A DNA stretch of 64,000 nt from Mobula hypostoma (taxonomy: Eukaryota): positions 51,834,001 to 51,898,000 of the forward strand of contig NC_086108.1 of NCBI RefSeq assembly GCF_963921235.1, in the 5' to 3' direction. The notes under the pieces were generated by a model. That model did no database searches and was not told where the DNA came from. It saw only the letters and a program-made list of their open reading frames with translations. The position numbers and the translations under genes were made by a program. The first letter of the stretch is position 1. The number at the start of each line of letters is the position of its first letter. This document shows positions 1 through 13,960 of the stretch, in pieces.

Positions 1-1410
1 GGCACCCTGCATGGTCAGTACTTAGTAACAACCCCTTTGGCAAGTATCACAGCTTGTAAACGTTTTCTGTAGCCAGCTAAGAGTCTTTCAATTCTTGCTT
101 GGGGGATATTTGCCCATTCTTCCTTACAAAAGGCTTCTAGTTCTGTGAGATTTTTGGGCGGTCTTGCATGCACTGCTCTTTTGAGGTCTATCCACAGATT
201 TTCGATGATGTTTAGGTCAGGGGACTGTGAGGGCCATGGCAAAACCTTCAGCTTGCGCCTCTTGAGGTAGTCCATTGTGGATTTTGAGGTGTGTTTAGGA
301 TCATTATCCTGTTGTAGAAGCCATCCTCTTTTCATCTTCAGCTTTTTTACAGATGGTGTGATGTTTGCTTCCAGAATTTGCTGGTATTTAATTGAATTCA
401 TTCTACCCTCTAACAGTGAAAAGTTCCCTTTGCCATTGGATGCAACACAAGCCCAAAGCATGATCGATCCACCCCCATACTTAACAATTGGAGAGGTGTT
501 CTTTTCATGAAATTCTGCACCCTTTTTTCTCCAAACATACCTTTGCTTATTGTGGCCAAAAAGTTTTATTTTAACGTCAGTCCACAGGACTTGTTTCCAA
601 AATGCATCAGACTTGTTTAGATGTTCCTTTGCAAACTTCTGACACTGAATTTTTTGGTGAGGACGCAGGAAAGCTTTTTTCTGATGACTCTTCCATGAAG
701 GTCATATTTGTGCAGGTGTCGCTGCACAGTAGAACAGTGCACCACCACTCCAGAGTCTGCTAAATCTTCCTGAAGGTCTTTTGCAGTCAAACGAGAGTTT
801 CGATTTGCCTTTCTAGCAATCCTATGAGCAGTTCTCTTGGAAAGTTTTCTTGGTCTTCCAGACCTCAACTTGACCTCCACCATTCCTGCTAACTGCCATT
901 TCTTCATTACATTACGAACTGAGGAAATGGCTACCTGAAAACCCTTTGCTATCTTCTAATAGCCTTCTCCTGCTTTGTGGGCATCATTTATTTTAATTTT
1001 CAAAGTGCTAGGCAGCTGCTTAGAGGAGCCCATGGCTGCTGATTGTTGGGACAAGGTTTGAGGAGTCAGGATATTTATAAAGCTTTGAAATTTGCAACAC
1101 CTGGCCTTTCCTAACGATTGTGAACAAGCCATAGCCCTAACAAGCTAATTAAGGTCTAAGATCTTGGTAAAAATTATCTGACAGCTCAAATCTCTTGGGG
1201 TGCCCAAACTTTTGCCTATTGCTCCGTTCCTTTTTTTCACTCTAAAATTGAACGAAACAAAAATAATACACTGAACTTGCTTAAAATGTTGAAAAGAATG
1301 TTTTATCTTTAACTTTATGACTTTTGGAGATCAGTTCATCTTCTACTCACTTAACTATTCACAGTAACAGAAATTTTGACCAGGGGTGCCTAAACTTTTG
1401 CATGCCTCTG
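1..1410 (-). mobile_element. Tc1/mariner (Tc1, IR/DR-type) DNA transposon; left end runs off the window
   Basis: Right end reads CAGAGGCATGCAAAAGTTTAGGCACCCC on the minus strand, followed by TA (1411-1412). An inner direct repeat GGGGTGCCCAAACTTTTGC lies at about 1197-1215. The window starts in the other inner repeat (GGCACCC). Confidence 0.93.
15..1033 (-). pseudogene. Tc1 DD34E transposase, disrupted
   Basis: ATG at 1033 (MGSSKQLPSTLK...GEGY*), GRPRK motif, QQDNDPKH and SPDLNIIENLW catalytic motifs. An in-frame stop and frameshifts split it into ORFs 617-907 and 15-461. Confidence 0.92.
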
Positions 1411-2049
1411 TATACGTACTTTGATAATAAATGTACTTTGAACTTTGAACTGAACTAAATCTCGGTATCTTCAAGGCATTACTGGACTTCTATCAACATA
1501 CCTCACAGTAATACATGAACAGTGTATTTCTGCACATGACAATTCTAATAGCAGAGGCATTTCAGATTTACCTACTTCCACCAACCACAATTAGTTCATC
1601 AACTCTGATCAGTTGCATTAACACCATTAGGACCAAACACAATGAACTGCAGAGAGTTCTGTTTAAGGTGATCCAAGTATAACTCTGCCCATGTCAGTAA
1701 TTTTGTCCACATCAGATGTGTTTGACTTGTTGATCAGAAGAAACTACAGTTAAATCAAGGACAGGAAGCATCCCAGACAAGTCAGTTGTCTTTGTTTCCC
1801 CCTTTCATGGACTCTATTATTGCTCTTGGATAATCTAATCAGCAACTGAATGTGGACAAAGGAAGCTTCAGGTAATGATCTGCTAAACCTGAGACTATTC
1901 TCAAACAAGTAGCCATTTGTTATGTAAAGAGAATGGACTCTATACTGATTCTTGACTCTGGGACAATTTAATCGGAGCAATCCTCAGAGACCATTCTCAG
2001 AGGAGTAGCTACTTATTATGTAAAATACCAGACCTACCAAAGAAGCTAT

Positions 2050-2589
2050 CTGTAATGTCATTAGATACTGTCTGGGTTGCCTCATTTCACTGGTTTGGAC
2101 CAGTCAGAGTGTAAAGACACAAATACACAAGGCTGGGGTGGGCAGGACCATGAAACAATGTTGGTTGTAGACCTGTACAATGACCAGTAAGAAGGTGACC
2201 CAAGTAGGTCAGCTGACCTTGAGCCAATGGGATGGAGATCCAATGGTTCAATTGATGACGAACAGTATAATATTCAGGAGCTCCATACATGCAGGGGTGA
2301 TAACTCTCCAGCAGGCAGAGCCCAACCATTGTGGACAAGAAAGACCCCACGGACACGTGGAGATTGGGACCATGAGGAATGCCTGGCCAGCATAGACTCC
2401 TTTCCCGTGTAATACCTTTTCTTTTCATTGACTGTTCATGGAGTGTCAGGGAATTCTAGTAGGGAGCGCACAGGTAGATAAGAGTGTGAACTTACTTGTT
2501 TTTTAGTTGAAATAATAAAGTTACTTGTTGGCAAATACAGATTCTCTGTGCCTCACTGATCGCTATTACAAGGGGTGATTCTTGTAACA
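2050..2589 (+). mobile_element. Possible degenerate LTR
   Basis: AATAAA followed by an LTR-like end ...CTTGTAACA. The 5' boundary and TSD are not resolved. Confidence 0.3.
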
Positions 2590-3759
2590 GACTGGACAAA
2601 ATACAACAATGGTACTATGCAAGCTTTTTGGAAGGCACATCCATTAAAAAAAACATTTGCCTCTGCTTGACTGCCTTTGGTTGCTGCCACGTTGTTCACT
2701 ATTCCTCCTCTAGGTTGCATTCATATTTGGCTCATGGGAACAGGAATTAGTCTTTTGTCCTTTAAGGCTGCTGTACTATTTTGGATTTCCATTTTGTAAC
2801 CAGGTCTGTTGCATTAATGCTTCCCAATGTGTCTCCAAACTTTACTCCATTGACTTCAATGCGAATAATAGGACAAGAAACTGCATTTTGCATTTTGTGC
2901 TATGAACTTGGAATGCAGTTCTCAGCAAGTGTTTGAAATGTTAATTGAAGTATAAGCATCGGACAGGAGAAAATTCTTCCCTGAAAAAAAATCAAAGTGC
3001 AGTTGTGCTTTAGTACAATAGTAGTGAGGAGGCTTCAGTTTCTGCTCAATTCCTGGAGAGGGAATGGAACACAAACAGAGAGCCACCCAAAAATTTGAAC
3101 CTTTACTATAGTGAAGTTAGTTATGGACTATTATTGTGAAAGCATGTTTATTTGAACATGGTTTGTTGAATGTTTTGTTACATATACAGTTTTATGTACA
3201 TGAATCTAAAGGGGGATGAATATGAGAGTCTATTTCTTTTAGTGCACTGATTCCCCTAAGTACCTCTTATTGACTGATAACTTACCCATGTTCATTGATC
3301 TGCAAATCTGATGTTCTCTCTCTGCAAAGTGAATATACCAGTTAACCTCACCTCTGCTTTTTATTTAATTAATATGTAGTTGTACAGACATCAATAGTTC
3401 CTCATACTCAGACCTAGGCCCGGGCCATGCCAACTCAACTCTGCCTTGCCTTGGTTCTGCCACATCAAATCGCCTCCAAGTCTGCTCAAGCAATGGCCAA
3501 GTATTGGCTCATTCCCCGCTCTCAGGCCTGGGACCTGCCACCTCAATTCGGACCATACCCGTCACGCTGTAACCGCCTTGCTCCTTCGAGACCGCAAAAA
3601 TGCCAGGTTCAAAAGATCAACTCCCAAAGGCAAGTTAAAGTCTATTGATATCAGTGATCGCATCTGAGAAAAGGTGTGATTGATACAGTAATTTATAGTT
3701 TTGTTTTGATTGCTACCAGCAAGCCACCTCTGTGCTTCACCAGCACCATCTTAATACCA

Positions 3760-5220
3760 TCTTGTGCAAATGGATCCTCAATTTCCTCACTTACCGACCC
3801 CAGTCAGTTCAGATTGGCAACTACATCTTCTCCACAATCACCATCAACACAGGGGTATCACTGGGCTGTGTGCTTAGCCCCCTGCTCCACTGGCTTTAAA
3901 CTTATGACTGTGAGGCTAAGCACAGCTCCAATGCCATTTTTAAGTTTCCTGATGACACCACTGTTGTAGGCCTAATCAAAGATGGCAACAAATCAGCATT
4001 TAGGAGGGAGATTGAAAATCTGACTGAGTGGTTCCATAACACCAACCCCTTACTCAATGTCAGCAAGACCAAGGAGCTGATTATTGCAAATAGGAGGAAG
4101 AAACCAGAGGTCTATGAGCCAACCAGTCCTCACCGGGGATCAGAGGTAGAGAGGATCAGCAACTTTAAATTCTTTGGTGTTATCATTTCAGAGAATCTGT
4201 CCTGGGTCCAGCATGTAAGTGCCATTATGAAGGATGCATGGCAGTGTGTCTACTTTTTTTATAAGATTGCATAGATCCATCATGTCATCTAAAACTTTGT
4301 CAGACTTCTATAGATATGCGGTAGAGAGTATACTTACTGGTTGCTTCACAGCCTGGTATGAAAACACCAATGCCCTTGAACAGTAAAACCTACAAAAAGT
4401 AGTGGGTACAGCTCAGTCCATCGCATGTATAGCCCTCTCCACCAATGAGCACATCTACATGGAGCACCGTTGCAGGAAAGCAACATCCATCATCAAGGGC
4501 TTCCACCATCCAGGCTATGCTTTCTCCTTGCTGCTGCCATCAGGAAGGAGGTACAGGAGCCACAGGATCCATTCCACCAGGTTCAGAAATTATTCCTTAG
4601 CCAGAGGAGATGAATTCATGCAATTTCATTCACCCCAACACTGAACCTTTCCCACAACCTATGGACTCACTTTCAAGGATGCTTCATCTTAGGTTCTCAA
4701 TACCTATTGTTTATTTATTTATCATTATTATTAGTGGGTGCCACGGTAGTGTTGCAGTTAGTTCAATGTTCATGGCATCCTGGAGTTCGGAGTTCATTCC
4801 AGTGACATTATGTAAGGAGTATGTCCGTCCTCCCCGAGGAATGCATGGGTTTTCCCCAAGTGATCCGGTTTCCTCCCACAGTCCAAAGACATATCGCGTT
4901 GGTTAATTGCCCATTGTAAATTGTCCTGTGATTAGGTTAAGGTTAATCAGGTTTGTCGGAGGTTGCACAGTGTGGGAAGGGCTGGAAGGACCTTTGTTGC
5001 ACTGTATCTCTAAATAAAACAAAATAAATAAATTATTATTTTGACATTTTGCTTTTGCATAGTTTGCTGTCTTTCACACATTGGTTGTTCGTTCACCTTA
5101 TTGTGTGTGATCTTTCACTGATTCCATTGTGTTTCTTTGGACTTACTGTGAAAAATGAATCTCAGGGTTATGATTGGTGACATATACGTTCTTTGATAAT
5201 AACTTCACTTTGAACTTTGG
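3760..5220 (+). mobile_element. Rex1/Babar-like LINE, 3' half (RT and 3' UTR), interrupted by a SINE
   Basis: Decayed motifs W-I-L-x-[10 protein letters not shown], (F)xDDTTVVG and HHPGYAFSLLLPSGRRYRS. Tail ...TTTGATAATAA..TTTGAACTTTG. Confidence 0.85.
4735..5030 (+). mobile_element. V-domain SINE
   Basis: Central CCGGTTTCCTCCCACAGTCCAAAGAC domain, tRNA-like head and A-rich tail. Several related copies occur in the window. Confidence 0.8.
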
Positions 5221-5224
5221 AAAG

Positions 5225-7085
5225 ATGGGCTGATTGTGGATAGTAGTATTGGAAATCCTGTCTTACAAACTGTATTGATTGTTTTGATGAGATAACCAAG
5301 AAAGTTAATGAATGCAGGGCAGGAGACAGCTTATATGAACTTCAATGGTGGCTGTCCATTGTGTCCGATGATGACAGGAAACTTGTGTGGAGGAGTTTGT
5401 AAAGTGGAAAAGCCATTACACTGGGGCAGTTCCACTCTCTTGGCCTCAGAGATATGGGTCCAGTGGTATGAACAAGCGTCACAAACTAGGTTCTTCCTTG
5501 GTTAAAGTGGATTAGCATAATGCCCTGTCATATCCTTCACTCTCCACGGAGTGTTGTAGTACTGCCTTCCAGCCCATTGGAACTCACTGTAGGTCTCATC
5601 CGCCTAGTCTCTCATAGCTAACTTTGCATGCTAGGACAGGCTTGAACTTCAGTAAGGCCTTGGATAAGGTTCCATATGGCAGGCTTCTCTGGAAGGTTAG
5701 ATTGCATGGAATCCGGGAGAGCTGGTTAATTGGATTTACAATTGGTTTGATGGGACGAAGCAAAGGTGATCGTAGAAGGTTGTTTCTCAAACTGGGGACC
5801 AGTGACTAGACTTGTGCTTCAGAGATCAGTGCTGGGCTCACTTTTGTTTCTCATCCATTATCAATACTTTGGAAAAGACATGGTAGTGAGGTTACAGATG
5901 ACTCTAAAATAACAGAAATAGCAGATAATGAAGAAATTATAGGGGGAATCTTCATCAGCTGAGTAATTGGGCCAAGGAATGAACAATGGAATTTAATTTG
6001 GATAAATGTGAGGTGTTGCATTTTGGAAAGTCAAATCCAGGTAGGACTTTCAAGGTGAATAGCAGGAACCTGTTAAGTGGTGTAGAACAGAGGGAGCTTG
6101 GAGTACTAGTATATGGTTCACTGAAAGTGGAGCCATAGGTGGGGTAGTGAAGGCGGCTTTTAAAAGCTGGTCTTCATAAGTCAGGCCAACTTTGTACGTT
6201 ACATATTAATGATCTGGATGATGGAATTGTTGGCTTTGTGGCTAAGTTTGTGAATGAAAGAAAGATAGGTGGAGGGGCAGGCAATGTTGAGGAAGCAGGT
6301 AGTCTGGAGAAGGACTTGGACAGATTAGGAGAATGGGCAAAGAACTGTCAGATGGAGATTAGAATAGGGAAATGTATGATGATGCACATAGGTAGAAGGG
6401 ATAAGGGTGTAGAATAGTTTCAAAATAAAGAGGGAATTCAGAAATCAGAGCTGCAAAGGGACTTTGAAGTCATGGTACAGGATTGATAGTTTTAGGTTTA
6501 GGGTTAGGGTTAGTGAAGGTTGATAGGTTCTTGCTTGGTAAGGTTATCAAATATTAGATGTGCTGAATAGTCTAATTCTGTTCCTATATCTTATTATGTA
6601 TAAAAGTTAGGGGGGTCATGGTACAGCTGTACAGGGTGCTGGTGAGGCTGCACTTGGAGAATTGTGTTCAGTTTTGGTCACCTGCTGTACGAAGTGTTTT
6701 AAGTGAGAAAGAGGGCAGAAAAGATGTGATCTTACAGAAGCATATAAAATCATGAGGGATAGATAGGGTGAATGCAGAGTCTTTTTAGAGTTGGGATGTC
6801 AAAAAATAGAGGGCATGTGTTTTAGCTGAAAGTGGAAAGATTTAAGAGAAACTTGAAGGGCAACTTTTCTTTTAAAAAAAAAGGGTGGTATCTCTGTGGA
6901 ATAAGCTGCCAGAGAAAGTGATTGAGGCAAATAGAAAAACAACTTTCAGAAGACAGTTGGACACGTACATGGAGTGGAAAGATTTAGAAGGTTATGAGCC
7001 AAATGCTGGCAAATGGGACTAATTTGGTTAGCATGGATAAGTTGGGCTGAAGGGCTTGTTTCTGTGCTGTATGAACTTGCGATTC
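5225..7085 (+). mobile_element. CR1 LINE RT/3' end, composite with a nested second CR1 fragment (about 6190-6590)
   Basis: NFSKALDKVPYGRLLWKV, KCEVLHFG and RLHLENCVQFWSP-like motifs. CR1-type 3' end GGGCTGAAGGGCTTGTTTCTGTGCTGTA. Confidence 0.85.
5345..5642 (-). mobile_element. RTE-derived SINE, 5'-truncated, inserted in CR1
   Basis: 9-bp TSD TGAACTTCA (5336-5344 / 5643-5651). Similar to the element at 32157-32720. Confidence 0.7.
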
Positions 7086-7454
7086 TCTACATTGGGAATG
7101 TGGCCATGCAGCGAGTTTCCAGGTGGCAGAAGATGCCTGCAGCCCTGCAGCGGTCAACAAATCCATCTCACCGGTCTCTCAAATGCTGGTTCAAATGTAT
7201 GGATTGAATGCAAGTTAGGCATTTGTAAACTGGGAAGGATCTGTACTTACAAGCTATGCAGAAGTTTCTGTGGACACCAACTCACCATACAGTAATGAGG
7301 AACCAGCTCATGAATCCTTGATTAGAGTCAGGAGCAGTGGTACCCAGAAAGATTACCCCAGCATTCATTTTTATAGAGCAGTCTAATTTGATGAAGAGGT
7401 CCATAATTCATTGCCTTAACATTGTCTGCAAATTTGGATATATTCCCCCATACT

Positions 7455-8295
7455 GTGGGTACCACAGTAGCGTAGTTGTTAGTGCAACGCTATTACAGCA
7501 TAGGACGTCAAAGTTTGGAATTCAATTCTGATATCATCTGTAAGGAGTGTGTATACACCACCCTCTCCCCCCGCCCTCCGGAATGCTTGGGTTTTCTCTA
7601 GATGCTTGGGTTTTCTCCCACAATCCAAAGATGTGCCAGTTAGTAATGATTCAAAAAAGGTTCAAAGACTCAAAAGTTCATTTATTAAAGTATTATACTG
7701 TATACAACTTTGAGATTCTTCTTCTCCAGATAGCCATGGAACAAAGAAAAACCATGGAAGTCAGTTCAGAGAGAAACAGCAAGCCCACACTTCTGCACGA
7801 AAAAGAATGGCAACATGATCATCAACTCCCAAAGCCCTTCCTCTCGCATGAAATGCAACAAGAATATCAGCCTCAAAATCCCCCTCTACCTGCAGAAAAA
7901 AACTAACAAATAAACACAAGAACATCAACCGCAGAACCCCCCAGCACAAAATGCCAGAAGAACATTAGCCCCAAATCCCCCTCCCCTACACAAAAAAAAC
8001 AAGAAGGAACGAGCGAAAACACAGAATATAAAAACTATAGACTGAAGAAAAGTCCATTGTCCAAATCCATAAACGCAGAAAGCTTCAGTAATATTCTCCA
8101 AAATCATCACAAGAGAGATTCCCAGAGGCCTACCCTCCAGGCACAGCAATAGGCCACACAGGCTACCTGTGTTGGTTAACTGGGTATTGTAAACTGTCCT
8201 GTGATTAGGCTTGGGTTAACTCAAGGACTGTTGGGCAGCCTGACTCGAAGGGCCAAAAGGGCCTAACCATATTGTATCTCAATCAATAAATAAAT
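7455..8295 (+). mobile_element. V-domain SINE split by a minus-strand LINE 3'-UTR fragment (about 7650-8165)
   Basis: SINE head and V-domain at 7455-7645; the SINE tail resumes at about 8168 (GGTTAACTGGGTATTGTAAACTGTCC...AATAAATAAA). Confidence 0.7.
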
Positions 8296-10007
8296 ATTCT
8301 CAAGGTGACTTAATAGTAAAGAAGATGATAAGTGAAGGATACAACCTTAACAAAGTCCAGGTTCTTATGAATAAATCCCCATGAAAGGCATGTTAAGACA
8401 CTGATCACACAAATTCACTTAAACAAAGTCACTCCTTATAGATTCACAAATAAATGTATGATTTACGTACACATTTTGCAGTTTCCATGAATCCACCCAC
8501 ATAGAACACAAAGTTCACATTTTAATTTAAATCTTAAGATCCTCCTGCAGTGCACTAGTAGAGGGGCAACATAAGTGGCAAAATAATTATAGGGCCTACT
8601 GACTGAGCTGGACACTCAGAAGCAATACCAAGACTCCAGAAAAGAATTACTGAAATCAGGGTCAGACATTTCACACATTACATGAAGTACATATGCATTC
8701 CATTTACCCACACACATACCAGTTGTAGTGGTATTCATCTCTGTCAAACAATAGAAATTTGACATCTTTTCCACATTTTAGTGCTATATTAAGTGTTCTT
8801 TACTGTATCCAATAAACTAAATCCAAGATCAGAGGATTTAAATCAAGCAAGTGTGGAAAGAAACAGTGGAACTTCACTGAAAAATTAGAATACTCCATCT
8901 TGAAAGCAGTATTGCAGCCATCCTCATCTGCTGCACTAAAAGGGTGGAGATTCAAAAGGCAAAGAAGTCACAACAAATTCTGTAAAACAAGCTCGTTCTC
9001 TAAAAATATATAATGGCTCCCATATGCATCGGATTTTTAAATTACTACATTGATGTGATACTGATTCATACATACCAGAAAGGTGCTAGGTTGAATTGTA
9101 TGTCAGCTCGTGAATTTTCTAGTATCCTCAGGCTAAAGAGATGAGAGAGTCAGGAAGAAATTCCACACTCAGGATACCCCGCTGGAAACCTTCTTGCCTG
9201 GACCCATATGAGGACAGGAATAAGCCCAGCAGTAATGGCTTCCAATGTCAAATAATCTGCTGATGCAAACAGTACAATATAAAGAACCATTAGTTGGATT
9301 AGATATCATAAGTATGATGGCACTAGTGAAACTATAGTTTGGAAGGGGCTGGAATACAGAAGGTGGAAAAGGCACAAAATATACAGAAAGATAAAAGAGA
9401 AGAAAGATCTGCAAGAGTTTCATTTTCAATGAAACTTTGAAATTCAAGCACATGAGATTCTACAGACTTTACCCATTTGGCGAGAATATTAGACCAATGG
9501 CATTTTGACAAACACATAAAAGTCCAGTAAGACACAGAACATCATTTATATGATTAACTGTGCTGGTAGCTGGCTCTCTCGCAAATAAAACACTGCACAG
9601 TTTGTTCAAAACTAAAAAGCTCACTTCCTACAGAACTCCAGCACTTCAATATTGTGATATGCAATGTATCTGAGTACTGATGGTGATCCTCAGAGGGGCC
9701 AAGAGGAATGCGATGCATTTCCCTTTGTGCACTCACTGCCAGCCAGGCTCCAGTTGCTCCATGTGACTTATTCCCACAGGAGTTTCCTGAGAAATCTGTA
9801 TTGGGTAATTAACCAAATATGGCAAAACATTAACAGACAGCTGAGAAGAATGGAATTAGCCAAATTTGTACGATACCAATATACTCATACATTTAAATAT
9901 TAAATCCACCAACAAATAAGGACAGATGTCAGTCCTATCTGAGAATATTTGAATGTGATTGGCTAAATCACAGATAGATGGAAGAAAAGGGATCAAATAT
10001 GCATACA

Positions 10008-10610
10008 TAGACCATAAGATACAGGAGCAGAATTAACCATTTCGCCCATCGAGTCTGCTCTGCCATTCGTCATAGCTAATTCAATTTTCCTTTCAGCCCC
10101 AATCTCCTGCCTTCTCCCCATATCCCTTCATGCCCTGACCAGTCAAGAATCTATCAACCTTTGTCTTAATCATACTGTACATAAAGACTTGGCCTCCACT
10201 GCTGCTGGTGGCAAAGAATTCCATAGGTTCACCACTCTCCAGCTAAAGAAATCTTCCTCATCTCCATTCTAAAAGGATGCCCCTCTATTCTGAGGCTGTG
10301 TTCTCTGGTCTTAGACTCCTCCACCATAGGAAACATCCTCTCCACATCCACTCTCTCAAGGTCTTTTGCCATTCGATAGGTTTCAATGAGGTCACCCCTC
10401 ATTCTTCTGAATTCTAGTGAATATAGACCCGGAACCATCAAACACTCTTCATATGACAAGCTGTTCAATCCCGGAATCATTTTTGTAAATCCCCTTTGAA
10501 CCCACTCCAGTTTCAGCACATCCTTTCTATGATAAGGGGCCAAAACTGCTCACAATACTCCAAGTAAAGCCTCACCAGTGTTTTATAGAGTTTCAGCATT
10601 ATGTCCTTAA
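10008..10610 (-). mobile_element. CR1 LINE 3' fragment
   Basis: ORF 10229-10543 reads APYHRKDVLKLEWVQRGFTKMIPGL...LYSLEFRRMRGDLIETY. Confidence 0.9.
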
Positions 10611-10932
10611 TAACATTACTACATACCCTATAGGGTAAATTATTTAGCATATCCTGTAAATCACCAAATGGTTTAAAAAGAGATAGACTTTAATACTAAT
10701 AAGTTTTACTTGATAATCACACAGATTACATTTACAGATTCTATATCCTCAAAGGTTAATGCATTAATCATGATTTTAATTCTGCATACATCAGACGTGA
10801 CTATTCCATTATTATAGTTCTTTTCCATTATCATAGTTCTTCATTTTTGTAAATTGTGCATTTGAGTTTTGGCATTAGAATCTTCTTTGCATCTTGACAT
10901 TTAACATAGTCTTCAAGCATTTCCAATGCAAG

Positions 10933-11256
10933 TGTCAGGAAATGTAGAGGAGGCTTGACCCAAAAGCTGAGGAGAGCAGATGACTTAGCAGAAAATTATA
11001 TTTTACTAATAAACTGCAAAATAACAAGTCACAAGGAGCCACAAAACAAGAGAGAACAGATACTTACCATAACAAGGTGACAAGGTAACAGAAGGCTTGG
11101 AGCATCTGATTGATGCTTGCTGATTTGATGAGTGAAGAAAGGACTGAATGAGAGCTGGGTTTAAATAGGCTGCAGGTGATGAGTTGGAAACGAGTGGCAA
11201 ATGACTCCTGTTAGCTGTGTGGAGATAGGAAGGTGCCTGCCTGTGCAGGCCTGACA
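10933..11256. mobile_element. Solo LTR (Gypsy-like)
   Basis: TGTCAGG...CCTGACA inverted termini and a 5-bp TSD GCAAG (10928-10932 / 11257-11261). Confidence 0.85.
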
Positions 11257-12754
11257 GCAAGTATGTCATGTTTAGATGCTGAGCTCTGACAACATCCCCT
11301 TTCCTACTCTAGTCTGTTCGGATTGCCAATTAGGAATATATCAGGGTGTCCCAGTACAGAAGACAAATGATTCATTACTCTGAGCTATATTTCAAACTTG
11401 TGTTTGGAAACTTATATTTTGTTCACCAGTCTTATGCATTAGTTAAAAATAAGATGGAAGCTCCTCCAATAACTAGTTGGGAAAGTATGCGTTCTCCAAT
11501 CAAAGACATGTAGCTGTTGCATCAAGCTGGCCAAAAAGGGAGCCTGATTCAAATCAGTACTTGCAGAAATGTATGACAGAATGATAAAGAATGAAGGATG
11601 CAAGGCACAGCTTAGAGTCGTCCATGGATCTTTGATATAAATCAGACTGCAACAACAAAGAGAGTTTCTCACAGTTTCATGGCTACAACTTCATGAGAGT
11701 CAACTAATGGGGAAAGTCTCTATCTATATACTGAATCTCCACTGATGTTCCTTGATTGATCTAATTTCCCTCTTCTGCTGCTCCCCTTCCTCTAATAAAC
11801 TGATCAAGTAAAATGGGACTTCAACTGCAAAGTCCATTGTACAGATGTCAGACTTGCGTACTAACCTCAGGAGTCCCTCAGAGTATCAGATGACAGCTAG
11901 TGTGGAACCTTTCACAATTCTATATATTTATTTTACTGTTCAGAATTTTTTCTTATATTTTACTTCATTATTGATTAATCTAAATCTTGAAATTCCCTAT
12001 GTGGCAATATATGGGTAAACATTTGTCACATGGACTGTCATAGTTCAAGACCACCACTAGAACCTCATGCCATAAACCTCACTTTTGCTGGCAACGCACA
12101 GAAACCAGGATTAATAAACGATGCTGGAAAATGTTTCTGAATGAAGGCATTTCTTCACTCTGGTGATTTGATCCTGTTAAACTGTGATTTTTAACAATAG
12201 TATACAGACAGATGGCAAATCACTTGCTTTATGTGATGTCATCACATTCTAACTCTTTCCATTTGAATAAAGATCCTCGTCTAGTTACTGATCTTACATG
12301 GTGTATTTATATTCTAATTCTCAACAATTTTGCATAAAGGAACTCAGCATAGCCAGCTGTTAGCATATGCTGTGTAATGAATTGGTAGAAATAACAAAAC
12401 ATACCCAAGGTTGAAATGCTGATCTCAGGAGGCCATATATAACAGAGTAGAGATGGTGCTGGCTTCAGCCGACCATATGGAAAAAGCATTGTCCAGTGGC
12501 AAGGTCTGCTTCCACATAAAAGAGGGAAATATCCAGGATTCAATATAAGTTGCTCTCTGACAGCTCCAAGAGGCAGCAATTAATTTTTGACAGCTGGGTA
12601 ATGATCCAGTTGAGAGTCAGGTGTTCAGAAGACTGTTACATGACTTTGACCTCCAAGCCTCCTTTAATTTGGTTAACAAACTGAGAGATATAGTTTGAGC
12701 AACCAGATAAAGTCTCAAATTTGGGGCTGGTAGATTGATCAACAAATTGGGTTC

Positions 12755-13070
12755 TATGGTGGCATAGTGGTTAACATTATACTATGCACCTATTTTCTAT
12801 GTTTCTATATTACAGTTTGGGACACTGGAGTTCAGAGTTCAATACCGACGTTATCTGTAAGGAGTCTATACGTCCTCCCTGTGGAATACATCGGTTTTCA
12901 CCTGGCCCTCCAGTTACTTCCCACAGTCCAAAGATGTTCTGGTTGAAAGGAAAATTGGTCATTGTAACTTCTCCCGTGATTAGCCTAGGGTTAAATCGGG
13001 GGTTGCTGGGCTCTGCGGCTCAAAGGGTTGGAAGGTTCCATTCCCTGCTGTGTTTCCAAATAAAATAAAA
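12755..13070 (+). mobile_element. V-domain SINE
   Basis: Same head, V-domain (TTCCCACAGTCCAAAGA) and tail as 4735-5030. Confidence 0.8.
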
Positions 13071-13929
13071 ATTAAGTCTGGTCAGCAGGAAAAGGGAAGT
13101 ATCAAAATTACTTCAGTAAATTCTGGGACATCAACACAACTATTTCAACACGAAACTTTAATTGGGTATTTGATTCCATTATCTCTGAAAATGATTAGAA
13201 GCTAAAGTCCTTGAAACAGAAGTGGTTTTTTGACGCATTGTAATGATGATTGAGGAAGCTGCATCACTATAGTTAAAGGATTTGTAAGGCTTCTAACCCA
13301 TATTTGAGGCTCTGTGTATAATTAAAATTAAGTCAAGGCAGTAAAAATTTACCTCAAAGCTTTCTTAGTCCTCCAAATACTGTCTGCAAAGATTCCTGAT
13401 TAAAATTTGTTATAGTATTCCACATATTTCTTTAAATTCTAGTTTAGCTCACTTTACTCAGAAAATTCAAGTAGAAGTTAAAAGGAATGAGCTCCACCTG
13501 GTTCAAAACATGACCTTTCTCTTATTTTGGAATTTATACTAATTCTTGACATAGATTACATGATATAATGAATGGATATTTACTTAGAAAGTAAATACCA
13601 CAATTGCAATCTTTCATACACTTTTAAGTTTGTGTTTATGTTTGACAGCATGTAAAAAATTGCTCAGGTCACATAGTAATGATTTAAGTAAAAGACAAAT
13701 CTGGAATGAGTTGAAGACCCTCTCTACATATTGTGCACAGTGTGAGGTTCTCTGGAACTGGAAACTTGGGGGTGGGTATGAGATTTTTTTTGTATAACGT
13801 CAGTTGACATAGCACTAATGTGAAGATCCTTTCTTAAAAAAATACAAATTCAAACTCTTGGCAGCACAAGATGAGTCTGCAGTCAGATAATTGACTCTTT
13901 AGGGTTGTCTGCACTGCAAAAGATGGAAA

Positions 13930-13960
13930 GCTCCACCCTGTGGTCAGTCTAGGAACAGAG
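13930..13960 (-). promoter_or_regulatory. Candidate CTCF site with upstream module
   Basis: Minus strand reads CTCTGTTCC-TAGAC-TGACCACAGGGTGGAGC, matching the TGCAGTTCC-N5-TGGCCA spacing plus the core motif. Confidence 0.5.

Noticed and set aside
8545..8570. CTCF-like CTAGTAGAGGGGCA
   Set aside because: The core match is poor and the spacing to the upstream TGCAGT is wrong.
12405..12506. Possible minus-strand exon (CAG...TGG|GTATGT)
   Set aside because: No recognisable product or supporting exons; splice-like motifs at this level are common by chance.
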